Shown: piece by piece, positions 24,919 through 37,959 of the stretch
Layout: each line of letters opens with the position of its first letter
Numbering within the stretch: position 1 is the first letter of the stretch
Source: Malacoraja senta
Taxonomy: Eukaryota
DNA length: 64,000 nucleotides
Assembly (NCBI GenBank): GCA_038087875.1
Contig: CM075989.1
Location: 3,596,001 to 3,660,000 of the forward strand
Direction of reading: 5' to 3'
The notes under the pieces: generated by a model
What the model was told of the DNA's origin: nothing
Databases searched by the model: none
The model's input: the letters and a program-made list of their open reading frames with translations, nothing else
Position numbers and translations under genes: made by a program

Positions 24919-26022
24919 ATGGCTTCCTCTTGCCGAAAGCCTGCTCAGCTCGTCTTCGATTCGGACATCGCGGAGCGCTGGGCTACTTTCGAACTGGACT
25001 ACCGCCACTACATGACTATTGCTCATTGGAACGAGACCGATGATGTCGCTTCTTCTCAACCTTGCCGGCCTCGACGCCATGAGAAGAGCCAGGACCTTCA
25101 ATTATGCCCCAGCGGTCCTGGGTGCCAACAATCAGGTACTGGTACCCATGGAAACTGCGGAAGACCCGCATGTCCTGCTACGCAAGTTCGGGGAGATTTG
25201 TGACCTGCCCTCTAATCGTATTTTAGAAAGGGCGCGATTCTTTACTCGCAAGCAGTTGCCCGGTGAGCCTGTTGAGCGCTTCATCGCTGATTTACGTTAC
25301 CTAGCCCAGAGGTGCAGGTTCGAAGCTATGATAGACCAGCTAACTAGAGACATTTTGGTGACAGGGATGATCAATCAGAAACTGAGATCAGAGCTCCTCC
25401 GCAGACCCGATCTCACTTTAAATTAAGCCATGCATGCCTGCAGAATGGCTGAGGCCATTGACCCGCCAGGCAGTCAGCATGATTCGGACACTAAATCTAT
25501 CAACCTGACTGGGTTCAATAGACCGCGACCTCGATCTGATAACACTCAATTTGTGCCTCGGCCCGGCCCCGCATCTGGCGGTGAAACCCCCAAATGCCCG
25601 AACTGTAACTACATGCATCACAGGCAGTCGCCATGCCCTGCCTTCAGTAAAGCCTGCAACTATTGCAAGAAATTAAACCATTTCTCTGCTGCCTGTCATT
25701 CTCGTGGGAAGGTGCCACGAGCTTCCAGACCCAACCTAAACATGCTGATGCAAGCTGATAACATGTATGGTTCTCTGTCCTTGCTCGACGCTACCCACAC
25801 TGACGATCCAATTATTTCGCAAGGGGAGGCGAGTGTGCATTCACTCCTTCACGCACCTGGCCGATTACCTGATCCAACTGTTCTGATAACTGTCAACAAT
25901 TCCAGCTTTCACGCTAAGCTCGACACTGGGGCAAAAGTGAATGTAATGTCAATAAGCCTTAAGAAGATAAGGAATAATGAGCTAATGATTGCAGACCGTT
26001 CCACTCTGCACGCCTATGGAGG
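24919..26022 (+). pseudogene. Gypsy gag plus N-terminal aspartic protease (frameshifted, truncated), antisense to the LTRs
   Basis: ILERARFFTRKQLPGEPVERFIADLRYLAQRCRF; zinc knuckles CPNCNYMH and CNYCKKLNHFSAAC; protease KLDTGAKVNVM; ends at LHAYGG. Confidence 0.9.
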
Positions 26023-26051
26023 CGTGGGTTCGTATACCACTTCTGACACCA

Positions 26052-26255
26052 TGTAAATAGTCATTACACACGTGTGACATTATAATAGTCTTTTAATAAG
26101 TATACAGCGTTAAACAATACACGAGTAGTCACTGATTCCAGTCTGCTACTGTACTGCGCAGAAGGAGAAGCAGGCGTCATTATAAATGATACATAAGGCG
26201 GGGTTATTAGTGGTGAGGTAGCTATGTGATTGGTTGCATGCATAAACCATCTACA
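26052..26255 (-). repeat. 5' LTR of Gypsy copy 1
   Basis: Followed on the minus strand by PBS TGGTGTCAGAAGTGG. Confidence 0.95.
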
Positions 26256-26696
26256 GGTACAATCGCTGGTCAGCATCAATAGTGTCAAAGAGGAGATAAT
26301 CGAGACCTTCAGGTTTCTTGGCGAAAATATCACCAACAACTTATCTTGGAACAACCACATTGAAACTACCACCAAGAAAGCAACAATGCCTCTACTTCCT
26401 TAGAAGACTAAAGACATTTTCTGCATGTCTCGAACAAATCTTACCAACCATTAAAGTAGCATCTTCAACCGTGGTCACAACATCACAGCTTGGTTTGACA
26501 ACAGTTCTGCCCAAGACAGCTAGAAATTGCAGAGAGATGTGGATATAGCCAGTCCACCACACAAACCAGCCTTCCTCCCATTGATTCCAACTACACTTCC
26601 CGCTGCTTCGGAAACATCGGCAACTCAATCAAGGACCATTTTAACACCAGTCATTTCCTCATCTCCAGCCTCTTCATCGCACTTTCTCTGTAACTT

Positions 26697-26970
26697 TTTA
26701 GTTTAGTTTAGTTTGGATATGCAGCACAAAATCAGGACCTTCAGCCCACCGAGTCCTCGCTGACCAGCGATCCCCACACACTAACACTATCCTACACACA
26801 CTAGCGACAATTTTCAATTTTACCAAGCCAATTAACCTACAAACTTGTACATTTTTGGAGTGAGGGTGGAAACCGGAGCGACCCAGAGCAAACCCACACA
26901 AGCCACAGGATCGAATCCGGGTCTCTGGCGCTGTAAGGCTGGAACTCTACTGCTATGCCACCGTGCCGCC
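26697..26970 (-). mobile_element. HE1-like V-SINE
   Basis: tRNA head, V-domain and tail. Confidence 0.85.
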
Positions 26971-26988
26971 CAATTGTAACTCTAACAT

Positions 26989-29562
26989 TAGAAACATAGA
27001 AACATAGAAAATAGGTGCAGGAGGAGGCCATTCAGCCCTTCGAGCCAGCACCGCCATTCATTGTGATCATGGCTGATCGTTCCCTAACAATAACCCGTGC
27101 CTGCCTTCTCCCCATATCCCTTGACTCCACTAGCCCCTAGAGCTCTATCTAACTCTCTCTTAAATCCATCCATTGACTTGGCCTCCACTGCCCTCTGTGG
27201 CAGGGAATTCCATAAATTCACAACTCTCTGGGTGAAAACGTTTTTTTCTCACCTCAGTCTTAAATGACCTTCCTTTTATTCTAAGACTGTGGCCCCTGGT
27301 TCTGGACTTGCCCAACATTGGGAACATTTTTCCTGCATTTAGCTTGTCCTGTCCTTTTATAATTTTATATGTTTCTATAAGATCCCCCCTCATCCTTCTA
27401 AACTCCAGTGAATACAAGCCTAGTCTTTTCAATCTTTCCTCATATGACAGTCCCGCCATCCCAGGGATCAATCTCGTGAACCTACGCTGCACTGCATCAA
27501 TCACAAGGATGTCCTTCCTCAAATTAGGAGACCAAAACTGTACACAATACTGTACACAACCAGATGTGGTCTCACCAGAGCCCTATACAACTGCAGAAGA
27601 GCCTCTTTATTCCTGGACTGAAATCCTCTTGTTATGAAGGCCAACATTCCATTAGCTTTCTTCACTGCCTGATGTACCTGTAAGCCAACTTTCAGTGACC
27701 GGTGTACAAGGACGCCCAGGTCTCGCTGCACCTCCTCCCCCTTAACTAACCTACCCCATTGAGATAATAATCTGCTCCCTTGTTTTTGCCGCCAAAGTGG
27801 ATAACCTCACATTTATCTATATTATACTGCATCTGCCACGCATCTGCCCACTCACTCAACCTGTCCAGGTCACCCTGCAACCTCCTAACATCCTCTTCAC
27901 AGTTCACACTGCCACCCAGCTTTGTTTCATCCGCAAACTTGCTAGTGTTGCTCCTAATTCCCTCTTCCAAATCATTAATATATATAGTAAAGAGTTGCGG
28001 TCCCAACACCGAGCCTTGCGGCACTCCACTCGCCACTGCCTGCCATTCTGAAAGGACCCGTTCACTCCTACTCTTTGTTTCCAGTCTGCCAAGCAATTTT
28101 CTATCCATGTCAACACCCTACCCCCAATACCATGTGCTCTAATTTTAGTCACCAGTCTCCCGTGCGGGACCTTATCAAAGGCTTTCTGAAAGTCTAGATA
28201 CACTACATCCACTGGCTCCCCTTCATCCATTTTACTTGTCACATCCTCAAAAAATTCCAGAAGATTAGTCAAGCATGATTTCCCTTTCATAAATCCATGT
28301 TGACTTGGACTAATCCTTTTACTGCTGTCCAAATGCCCCATTATTACCTCTTTAATAATTGACTCCAGCATCTTTCCCACCACCGAAGTCAGGCTAACTG
28401 GTCTGTAATTCCCCGTTTTCTCTCTCGCTCCTTTCTTGAAAAGTGGGATAACATTAGCTATCCTCCAATCCACAGGAACTAATCCTGGTCTATTGAACAT
28501 TGGAAAATGATCACCAACGCGTCCACTATTTCTAGAGCCACCTCCCTGAGGACCCTGGGATGCAGACCATCAGGCCCAGGGGATTTATCATCCTTCAGTC
28601 CCATTAGCCTACCCAATACTATTTCTCGCATAATGAAAATTTATTTCAGTTCCTTTACCCCCTTAGATCCTCTGCCCTCCAGTACATCTGGGAGATTGTT
28701 TGTGTCTTCCTTAGTGAAGACAGATCCGAAGTACCTATTCAACTCTTCTGCCATTTCCTTGTTGCCCATAATTATTTCACCAGTGTCTGCCTTCAAGGGA
28801 CCCACATTTGACCTTGCTACTCTTTTTCCCTTAACATATCTAAAGAAGCTTTTACTGTCCTCCTTTATATTCCTGGCCAGCTTCCCTTCGTACTTCATCT
28901 TTTCAGCCCGTATTGCCCGTTTTGGTTGCTTCGGTTGTCCCATGAAAGTCTCCCAATCCTCTGGCTTCCGGCTACTCTTTGCTGTGTTATACATCTTTTC
29001 TTTTAGTTTTATTCTATCCCTAACTTCTCTTATCAGCCACGGTTGCCTCCTACTCCCCTTAGAATCTTTCTTCCTTTTTGGAATGAAATGATCCTGCGTC
29101 TTCCGGATTATACCCAGAAATTCCTGCCATTGCTGTTCCACCGTCATTCCTGCTAGGATCCCTTTCCAGTCTACCTTGGCCAGCTCCCCTCTCATGCCTT
29201 CATAGTCCCCTTTGTTCAACTGCATCACTGACACTTCCGATTTCACGTTCTCCTTCTCAAATTGCAGATTAAAACTAATCATATTATAGTCACTACCTCC
29301 AAGCGGTTCCTTTACCTCGAGTTCTCTTATCATATCTGGTTCATTGGACAACTAAATCCAGAATTGCCTTTTCTCTGGTCGTCTCCATTACAAGCTGCTC
29401 TAAGAATCAATCTCGGAGGCATTCTACAAACTCTCTTTCTTGGCGTCCTGAACCAACCTGATTTTCCCAGTCTACCTGCATATTGAAATCCCCCATCACC
29501 ACAGTGGCATTACCTTTGTTACATGCCAGTTTTAACTCCTGTTACATGCCAGTTTTAACTCC
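26989..29562 (-). mobile_element. CR1 LINE, 5'-truncated ORF2 (partial endonuclease, RT, 3' UTR)
   Basis: NYRPVSLTSVVGK, QHGFMKGKSCLTNL, YLDFQKAFDKVPH, SGVPQGSVLGP, KFADETK; (TTTCTATG)n tail; frameshifted. Confidence 0.95.
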
Positions 29563-32500
29563 ATTATAATGCTGTAAGACTGTATTCCGCACTGTATTCT
29601 AGTTTCCTCCCCGTGACCGCGTGGGTTTTTTCCGAGATCTTCGGTTTCCCACACAAAGATGTACAGGTATGTAGGTTAATTGGCTTGATTTAAATGTAAA
29701 TTGTGTGTGTGTAGGATAGTGTTAACGTGCGGTGATTGCTGGTCGGTACGGACTCGGTGGGTCGAAGGGCCTGTTTCTGCGCTGTATCTCTAAACTGCCT
29801 TCATGCTCCTTTTGGATAAAGGAATGAAGCATGACATTATAGGCAGCGTTGTAAATTCTATTCAAGTCTCTGCTTCATAATTTATCACTTAGGCAACACT
29901 GTGGTGCAGCTGGTAGAGTGGGATCTGCCTCACCGTGCCAGAGACCCAGATTCAATTCTGACCTCTGATGCAGCCAGTTACGCATTGTCCTGCCTTTCCG
30001 CAACAAAAGCTTTTCACTCTACCTCGATACATGTGCAGTGCAACTCAACTCAACCGTGGACGCTCTTGTGCACAACAGCTCACAAGCTGTTTCTTGCCTC
30101 ACCTTCTCCCCTTTGGTCAGAATGCCAGCGTTTATAAGGAGTAGGCTGATGAGGCCAAACCAATACCACTTATTTGGACCCAGCCGTTACCAATGATGCT
30201 GTCAGACAGTAATAGGGATCAGAGCGGCATCCGACAAAGGGGACGCTGTCACAGCCCAAAAACTACACTAACCTGTGATGGGAAAGCTTTCAGACACAAT
30301 AACCAGGGATAGAATCAGCAGTCACTTGGACAAATTAGACGAATGAGAGAAAGGCAGCATGGATTTGTTGAAGGCTAATCGTGTTAAACAAATGAAATAT
30401 GAGCTTTGATGATGGGGTATGAACAGTCGATGGGGTAAGTGCAGTGTATGAACTTTCAGAAGGCAGTTGATTAAGTGCTGCACAATGGGATCACAGAACA
30501 CCAACGTAAATCCCAATAGCTTTAGTTTTTTTTAAGTACACGGTGATTATAAAAATATAAGAGAGTCACGAATACATATTGCAGAAGTAAATAGTAAGAT
30601 TAAACGAGAACTTACCAGTTTGAAGTTTGATCTTTATTTTATGAGGCGTTACGATGAGCGATTACGTGAAGAAGGCCGTCAGCCCGCATGCGCGTCAATC
30701 TTCAAAGCAGCGGTATGAAATCACAGATAACAGTTGTTGAACTGAACGTAGTAAGATTAGAGAGGACTACCAGATGACCTTTATGATACGAGGGTTGGGA
30801 GCGGAGGGCACGTAATCGCTCATTCTAACTCCTCATAAAATAAAGATCAAACTTCAAACTGGTAGGTTCTCGTTTAATCTTAGTATTTTACTTCGGAGTC
30901 ACGTGAGTGACTACGTGAAGATTTTAAAGCTCTGTGATTTCATGCCGTGGAAACGAGTCCACACAAGCACAACTGCATCCGTTGACCACAGATAAGGGAA
31001 ACATTCATAATGCATACAGACATGACATAGATTTAAAAACATGCTGATGCCTATCCAATATCTTCTTAAATTATAATAATAGTAATCCCTCTCATCCGGG
31101 AGGAAACTATAAAATAGAACCTAAAATAGAGTTGGCAAATACCCCCGGTCTGGCTATGGGTTTTTATAAAATGTTTGGAAAGCTCGTTCATTAGACCATC
31201 CTGCAGTCGCTAGGATGTGGTCCAGCGGAACGTACATAACCCTTGCTGCTGATGTTCTAGCAGCCCTGGTGGAGTGAGATTAGAAAATATTAGATTCTAC
31301 TCCTGCATAAGCCCAAACCCCGTTTTAATCACCTGGAGATGGTCTGAACTGATACCTTCTTATGAGGTTTTTCGTAACTAACAAACATTGCTATTATCAG
31401 AGCCTCTAAGGCTCTAGGTGACCTTGACGTCTTGTTGTAAATGTATGGCCACACATAACCGAAGGTTCATGGGGCATGCCATGAGAACTAGTTTGAGACC
31501 TGACTCCCCTGGGCTGCTCTGCTTAACTAAATCATAAACATAAAATATTATATAATTTGCAGGTGTAACCATCCTTTCCAGTCGCAATTTATGTAGTGAC
31601 TTGACCCATTGCGCTGAGGATAACTACCTTATGAGAGACGGGCCAAAGATAAGGATGTAGCTGGAGCCCCCTGGTGAAGTAGTGTTGACAGAATGTCAAT
31701 ATACCATACTTCCGTGTACTTGGGCCTGGGAGAACTTGTGTTAAAAGATATCCTTTATAAACTGGATATCAGAGGGTGAGACCCGACACAGTGGGTCCCG
31801 CTCGCTGCAGCAAATATGATGAGAAGGCACGTTGGTCACAATTAATGGCATTATAACTTAATTTATTGTCAAGGACCCATTTGAAATGAACTTCAGGACG
31901 TCAGTTATCCGTGCCGTATTATATGTAACATATCATTTAAACAAAACGCTTACCATCTCCTGAAGAGGAAATGTACTGATTTTTTGGTGCTATCCCTGCA
32001 CTCTGCAGTGAGCACATACATGGATCGGTCTGACAATCTGAGCCGCAGGAGCAGTCTTCTCAGAGTCTGCAAGTCAATGAATTGATTTTATCATGCAGAG
32101 GCTGGTTTCCCAAGTCACAGGCTGAACCAGCAAAGTTTATGTTTAGAATAACCATATAAGGTTCTATTATTATTCCCAACATAAGCGGGAACCATGGCTG
32201 CATAGGCCAGTCAGACAGTACGAAAAAACCTGAAGCGGGATCTTGCTGAATTTATTGCAAGACCCGACTGATGAGGCAAAATAGAGAAAAGACATAAAAG
32301 AACATTCCTCCCCGAGTAGCGAGAATGTATCTCTCGCCACTGTGAACCACATATTTTTGCATCGAGCCATAATGTCATAAAATACTTTGTGATTCAACAT
32401 CCATACTGTGTTGTCATTGATTTTACGTGATGATACACCAGCGCCAAATGAGGTTAGGTAAATATGACAGGATACTTTGACTTGATTGCACCCATGTGAC

Positions 32501-34516
32501 TAACATATGCCACCACCACAGTGTATCAACTAGGAATTGAGCATGCAGATTATGCATATTCGCACAATAACCCTTTAACCCAAAGAATGCACCTAGTGTC
32601 TATAGGTAGTTGATACCAATAACTGAAGAATTTGTAACTCATGCAAATCCCATCTGCCTCCGTAACTAGAGATGACATTCGTAATTTTCCATCTTTGAGC
32701 ACTAGCATCAGTTTGTAATATAACTGAAGATTTAGTGACCAAAACCTACTGGAGCAATGCTGAATACTGTTCGTCCACCATTGTGACTTTGGTAGCTTCA
32801 GCTGGTAATAGCATAGGTCTGTTAACAATGACCTACATGGCACCTGAGAGGTTACTACTTTGCACGTTGTAAGTTCTGATAATGCAAAGGCCCAATTTGC
32901 ACAGCTGAAACACAGCTGCTATATTGCCAATTACACTTGATGAATAGAAGGCTGCTTCATAACAACAAGGTTGTTACAGGCTTCTATTGTTTCCAATCTC
33001 TTGCCCCAGGGCGGAGTCAGACAAATTAATAGTTAAAGGTAAATCCCAATAATCAATGACGCTAGTTGGTATCAACTTAAATTTAACTGGATGGATGAGG
33101 AACCTCAATTTTTCAATTATAGTGTGCGGCTGAAACAGTTGATTTTAGTAAAATACAGCGTTTAGAATATCATCCAGCTAAGCCATAACAAGTGTTTTTG
33201 AGCTTTTGGCAGTCCAAGCACCGGTTTAGTAATTTGGTAAATAACCTGGGAGCTGAAATTAGCCTATTTTGCAATGCTTTAACTGTTATCATTGCCCCAT
33301 CCAGATAAATTTCAAATGTCTCCGGTGATCCCAGAGAATGGGACCTGAATAGTATGCATCTTTGAGATCGATGCATGCCATAAAGATCCTATAGAAATCA
33401 GTTGTTTAGACAGTAACGAAGTTCCCTATTCTGAAAGTCTATATTGCACATGCCAGTTAAATCAAGGATGAACGGACCTCCTCCATCTTTCACAATGAAC
33501 AGGCCATGCCTGCCATAACTCCGTGCCTGCCTCGAACGAGCCTGTCACGAAAGAGAACTCTGGCCATAATTCTGAGCTTGTCTCGGAAGGCAATCCTGGA
33601 CATAATACTGAGCCTGCCTCGAAAGATAATTCTGGCCCCAATTCCAAGCCATGCTTGGAACCCTAGTATACTGTGCAGTATAAACTAATCACATGTTATC
33701 ATTTTAGTTTATAAACGGATCTGAATCTCATGTTATCATTGTCATTTGTACAAAAACCCAGGTGTAAATATTACCAACGTAAATGGTCCACATACCCCAT
33801 GTTTCGGAAGAACCAGACCCACCTACCTCCATGGCTACCGGTGGTCTTATGGTAAGCCCAAAGGCCCCTGATGCAGGTTCATTCCCATCCTTGATTGGAG
33901 AGTAGGACTGGTAGGGTGCGTGGATTCCATATTTTCCCTGAGACCGGCTTGGGCCTTGGCCTGAAAGACCTCTGCCCAGCTTTCAAGCTGTCACCAGCTT
34001 CAGTGAACTGCTAACTGCCAATGAAGGTGTGGGGTGTGTCGTCGCCGAAACGATGAAGCTTTGCTCGTCGTTGGTACCTTGATTAGTCCGACAGCTTTTG
34101 CTTCCTCATCCAGGTATACCTGTTGGATAAGTCTTACCTGAAGAGAAGATTCGGTGGCTGGTTTCATTTCCTGGATTTCATGCCCTTCCAATGTCACCCC
34201 TGACAGCGCTGTTCACTGCCGGCTCTTGTAGCGTGAGGGGAACTCTGGCCCCTTCCGGGTTTACTGCCAACGGCTGTGTAGATGGTTTATGCAAGCAACC
34301 AATCACATAGCTACCTCCCCACTACAAACCCCGCCTTAAGTATCATTTATAATAACGCCTGCTTCTCCTTCTGCGCAGTACAGTAGCAGACTGGAGTCCG
34401 TGACTACTCATGTGATGTTTAACTCTGTATCCTTATTAAAGACTATTATAATGCTACACGTGTGTAATGACTATTTACATGGTGTCAGAAGTGGGATTCG
34501 AACCCACGCCTCCATA

Positions 34517-34970
34517 GGCGTGCAGGGTGTAACGGTCTGCAATCATTAGCTCATTATTCCTTATCTTCTTAAAAAGGCTTATTGACATTACATTCACTTT
34601 TGCCCCAGTATCGAGCTTAGCGTGAAGGGACACTCGCCTCCCCTTGCGAGATAATTGGATCGTCAGCGTGGGCAGCGTCGAGCAAGGACGGAGAACTATA
34701 CATGTTATCAGCTTGCATCAGCATGTTTAGGTTAGGTCTGGAAGCTCGTGGCACATTCCCACGAGAACGACAGGCAGCAGAGAAATGGTTTAATTTCTTG
34801 CAATAGTTGCAGGCTTTACTGAAGGCAGGGCATGGCAACTGCCTGGAATGTATGTAGTTACAGTTCGGGCATTTGGGGGTTACACCGCCAGATGCGGGGC
34901 CGGGCCGAGGCACAAATTGAGCGTTATCAGATCGGGGTCGCGGTCTATTGAACCCAGTCAGGTTGATAGA
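34517..34970 (-). pseudogene. Inverted gag zinc-knuckle/protease fragment of Gypsy copy 2
   Basis: CPNCNYIH...CNYCKKLNHFSAAC on the minus strand; homologous to about 25493-26014 with an internal deletion. Confidence 0.9.
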
Positions 34971-34974
34971 TTTT

Positions 34975-36465
34975 ACACCCCTACACCCCTACGAACGGGA
35001 AGACCTTCTGGTGCTAGGCATTGACTTTGTCCCCACTAAGCAGCTTCAGTGCCTAGCCGAGCATACTGCCGCCGACCCCGCTCTGCAGCTACTTTCTCTA
35101 GTGATAAAAAGAGGTTGGCCGAGCAAGCGCGCCAGTGCGCCCGCAGAGACACAGCCTTTTTTCCTGGTTCGTGACGAGCTGGTCATCCAAGACGGCGTTA
35201 TTGTTAAGGGCTACAAGGTCGTGGTCCCCTCCTCCCTGTATGACAAGTACTATAGCGTGGCCCACAGCGGGCACCCGGGCGTTGATGCCACGATTGCCCA
35301 TGCACAGTGCCAATTCTACTTGCCTGGAATGGCTAAGTACATTCGGGACCGTGTCTCGTCTTGCTCTACCTGCAACAGCCTTGCGTCCCACCAGCAAAGG
35401 CAGTCCCTTTTGCAACAACCCGCGCCTGCCCTGGCCTGGACCTCGGTGGCCGCCGACATTTTCGAGTGGCGTGGTAAACACTACCTCGTCCTTGCTGACT
35501 CGTACTCGAACTGGTTCGAGGTTGACCTTCTGACCTCCCTCACGTCCGAGATGGTCATCCGTAAGCTGAGGAAACATTTTTCCACTTTCGGCTCGCCTGT
35601 CCGTCTGCAGACCGACAACGGCAGGCAGTTTACCAGCCACGAGTTCAAGAGCTTTGCCAACAAGTGGAACTTCCTCCACTTCACGAGCAGCCCTGAGTAC
35701 CCGCAGAGTAACGGGCTTGCTGAGCGGGCTGTCCGGAGTGCCAAACTACTAATGGAGCAAGCGCGCCTGGCGAATTCCGACTTTTACCTCGACCTCCTGA
35801 ACCTAAGGAACATTTCCAGGGACGCAACCCTAGGCTCAACTGCTCAGAGGCTGATGTCCAGAACAACATGACCGCCGATTCCGATTTCTCAACACAAGCT
35901 GCTGCCTCGAGTGCTGGAGCCTGCCTCTGTCCAGACGCGCATTCAGGCTAAGCATGACATCCAAAGACGGTCACATGATAGATCGTGCAAGCCTCTCAAG
36001 CCTCTGCTGCCTGGACAGGCCGTTCGTCTACATACTGCTAGCGGATATTCCCGTCTGGCCACCGTGGTTGGCATTGCCGATGCACCTCGTTCGTACCTTG
36101 TGGACTTTGAAGGGACTGTCTACCGCAGGAGTCGTCAGCACCTGCTTGCTGTACAGGAGCCGCTCCCGCCGGCAGCCGGACCTTATGCTCCACCGCTGCA
36201 GTTCCAGCCATCTGCTGCTGATCCCATTGCCGGCCCCTGCATGCCTCAGTCCCCTCGCGTGTTGTGTTCACCTCCGCGTGGGTCGCCCATTGCTAACCAT
36301 TTTTCTAGCCCTCCTGCACGTTTGTCCCCCTTGCCGCTTTCTGTTTCCCCTCCGGCGTCGTCGCCTCCGGGTCTGGGTCTTTCTGGTGAGGGGGGGGAAG
36401 GGTTGGTCCGTATGCGCTCGGGCCGTGTCAGCAAGCCGCCTGTTCGGTATGGTGATTTTGTTTAA
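34975..36465 (+). pseudogene. Gypsy integrase (HHCC plus DDE) with premature stop at 35869-35871
   Basis: AHSGHPG...CSTC; AADIFEW; LQTDNGRQF; SSPEYPQSNGLAERAV; in-frame C-terminal continuation ending RSGRVSKPPVRY. Confidence 0.93.
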
Positions 36466-37959
36466 GTCATTGCCATAGTTACCCACCATGTTTAATCTTC
36501 TAAGGGGAAGGATGTAGATGGTTTATGCATGCAACCAATCACATAGCTACCTCCCCACTACTAACCCCGCCTTAAGTATAATTTATAATAACGCCTGCTT
36601 CTCCTTCTGCGCAGTACAGTAGCAGACTGGAGTCCGTGGCAACTCATGTGATGTTTAACTCTGTATACTTATTAAAGACTATTATAATGCTACACGTGTG
36701 TAATGACTATTTACAGGCTGGAACCAACTCTTCCGGCAGCAACCCCTTCATTTGCGAGTATTCCCTTGAAGCCATATGCATGTGCTCCGGTATGTTCCAT
36801 GGACATACTTTCGAATTTGAAGTCAGTTACACACTGACCACTCGCACTCCCCTCCACAGAGAGGGAGATTCGTAGGCAGCCCTGAAAACAGGTGCTGCCG
36901 CAGGCCCCTGAGGATACCTGCGCTGATATGGCCCCTCCAACGGACCTATATCATGATTGAGCATCACATTTGTGGGATAAACGCCCGAGGGCGCTATCCA
37001 TGCTCCATCTGGGTTAAACGTCCTAGGACGTACCCAGGTATGTCGGAGGGGAAGCATCCTGGCCTGACTCGTCCGAGTCCAAAGGCCTGACCGACTTATT
37101 CTGGGATTTACTTCCTTTCTGGGTGAACCATAGCGGTCTGGGAGCCACTGACCGCACTGTCAGCGACTCGGGTGGCGAGACCGACTTACCCTTGGCCTTA
37201 CCCCCTTTTCTGGTGAACCACAGCGGTCTGGGAGCCGGTGACCACATTGTCAGCGACTTGGGTGGCGAACCCGATGGCCGCCGGCTACCCGCGCTTCCGC
37301 GGTCCGGACCGGGATCTCCCCACAGTCCACAACCGGTTTCCCCGCGGCCCGTCCGGACTTCGCCCCGAAATCATCCAGCAGGAAAAACTCTGTAAGAAGA
37401 GATTCCTGCAAGAAAAAACTGAACCTGGAAATAAGTTTAAAACTTACCTGCAGGTTTAAACTTATCGCTGGAAGGAGCAACGCGCCTGCCAGTCAGTCGT
37501 TGCGCAATGCGTTAGACGTAATGGCGCGCATGCGGGCTGACAGCCTTCCACACGTAGTCACTCACGTGACTCCGAAGTAAAATTTGTCATCCTTGCCTCG
37601 TCTGATTTAGAGTTGACCTCAGACCAATCTGCTACAATGTGGTTGATTTTTGACTGCCCTCTCTACTGCTTTGTGTTAAGCCCACTCCGCTATGTTGGAT
37701 ACCTCCAACACATAGACTTCTACAGGTCGCAAAGGTTCCTCACCATCACTGTTATCATTGGTAATAAAGCCAGGTTGAAAGTCCTGTGAGTGAGATAGCA
37801 ACCCGCACAGAATCACGGCTTTTCATTCATCTGCTCCTGAACTGAACGACACTCTGGGCACCAAATGCTCAGTGTTAAATCCTAGACTTAACAGACAAGC
37901 ATCACGACACTGTTAATATGATTGTGTAGCTGAATATTTTGTGACTGGCTGCAATATAG

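Larger units (their letters stand above)
24610..26255 (-). mobile_element. Ty3/Gypsy LTR element copy 1 (non-autonomous, internally inverted)
   Basis: 204-bp TG...CA LTRs; 5-bp TSD GGTAC; tRNA-Leu PBS at 26051-26015 and PPT at 24814-24829, both on the minus strand. Confidence 0.95.
24365..26690 (+). mobile_element. Old Rex1/Babar LINE remnant, split by Gypsy copy 1
   Basis: CTCAGCCCCTTACTATACTCCCTATTTACTCATGAC (LSPLLYSLFTHD) and CLYFLRRLK motifs lie on either side of the GGTAC TSD. Confidence 0.7.
34277..36715 (+). mobile_element. Ty3/Gypsy LTR element copy 2 (inverted gag/pro, integrase retained)
   Basis: 203-bp LTRs at 34277-34479 and 36513-36715; TSD GGCTG; PBS from 34480; PPT at 36497-36512. 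Confidence 0.95.
30590..37583 (-). mobile_element. DIRS1-type retrotransposon copy B (family 2), interrupted by Gypsy copy 2
   Basis: AAT-bounded ends at 30590-30592 and 37581-37583; ICR at 30809-30920; RT remnant SAPRLFTKLL; recombinase remnant at about 31150-31300. Confidence 0.92.

Noticed and set aside
26015..26051. tRNA-Leu gene
   Set aside because: Only the 3' 37 nt including CCA are present, abutting an LTR. This is a primer-derived copy, not a gene.
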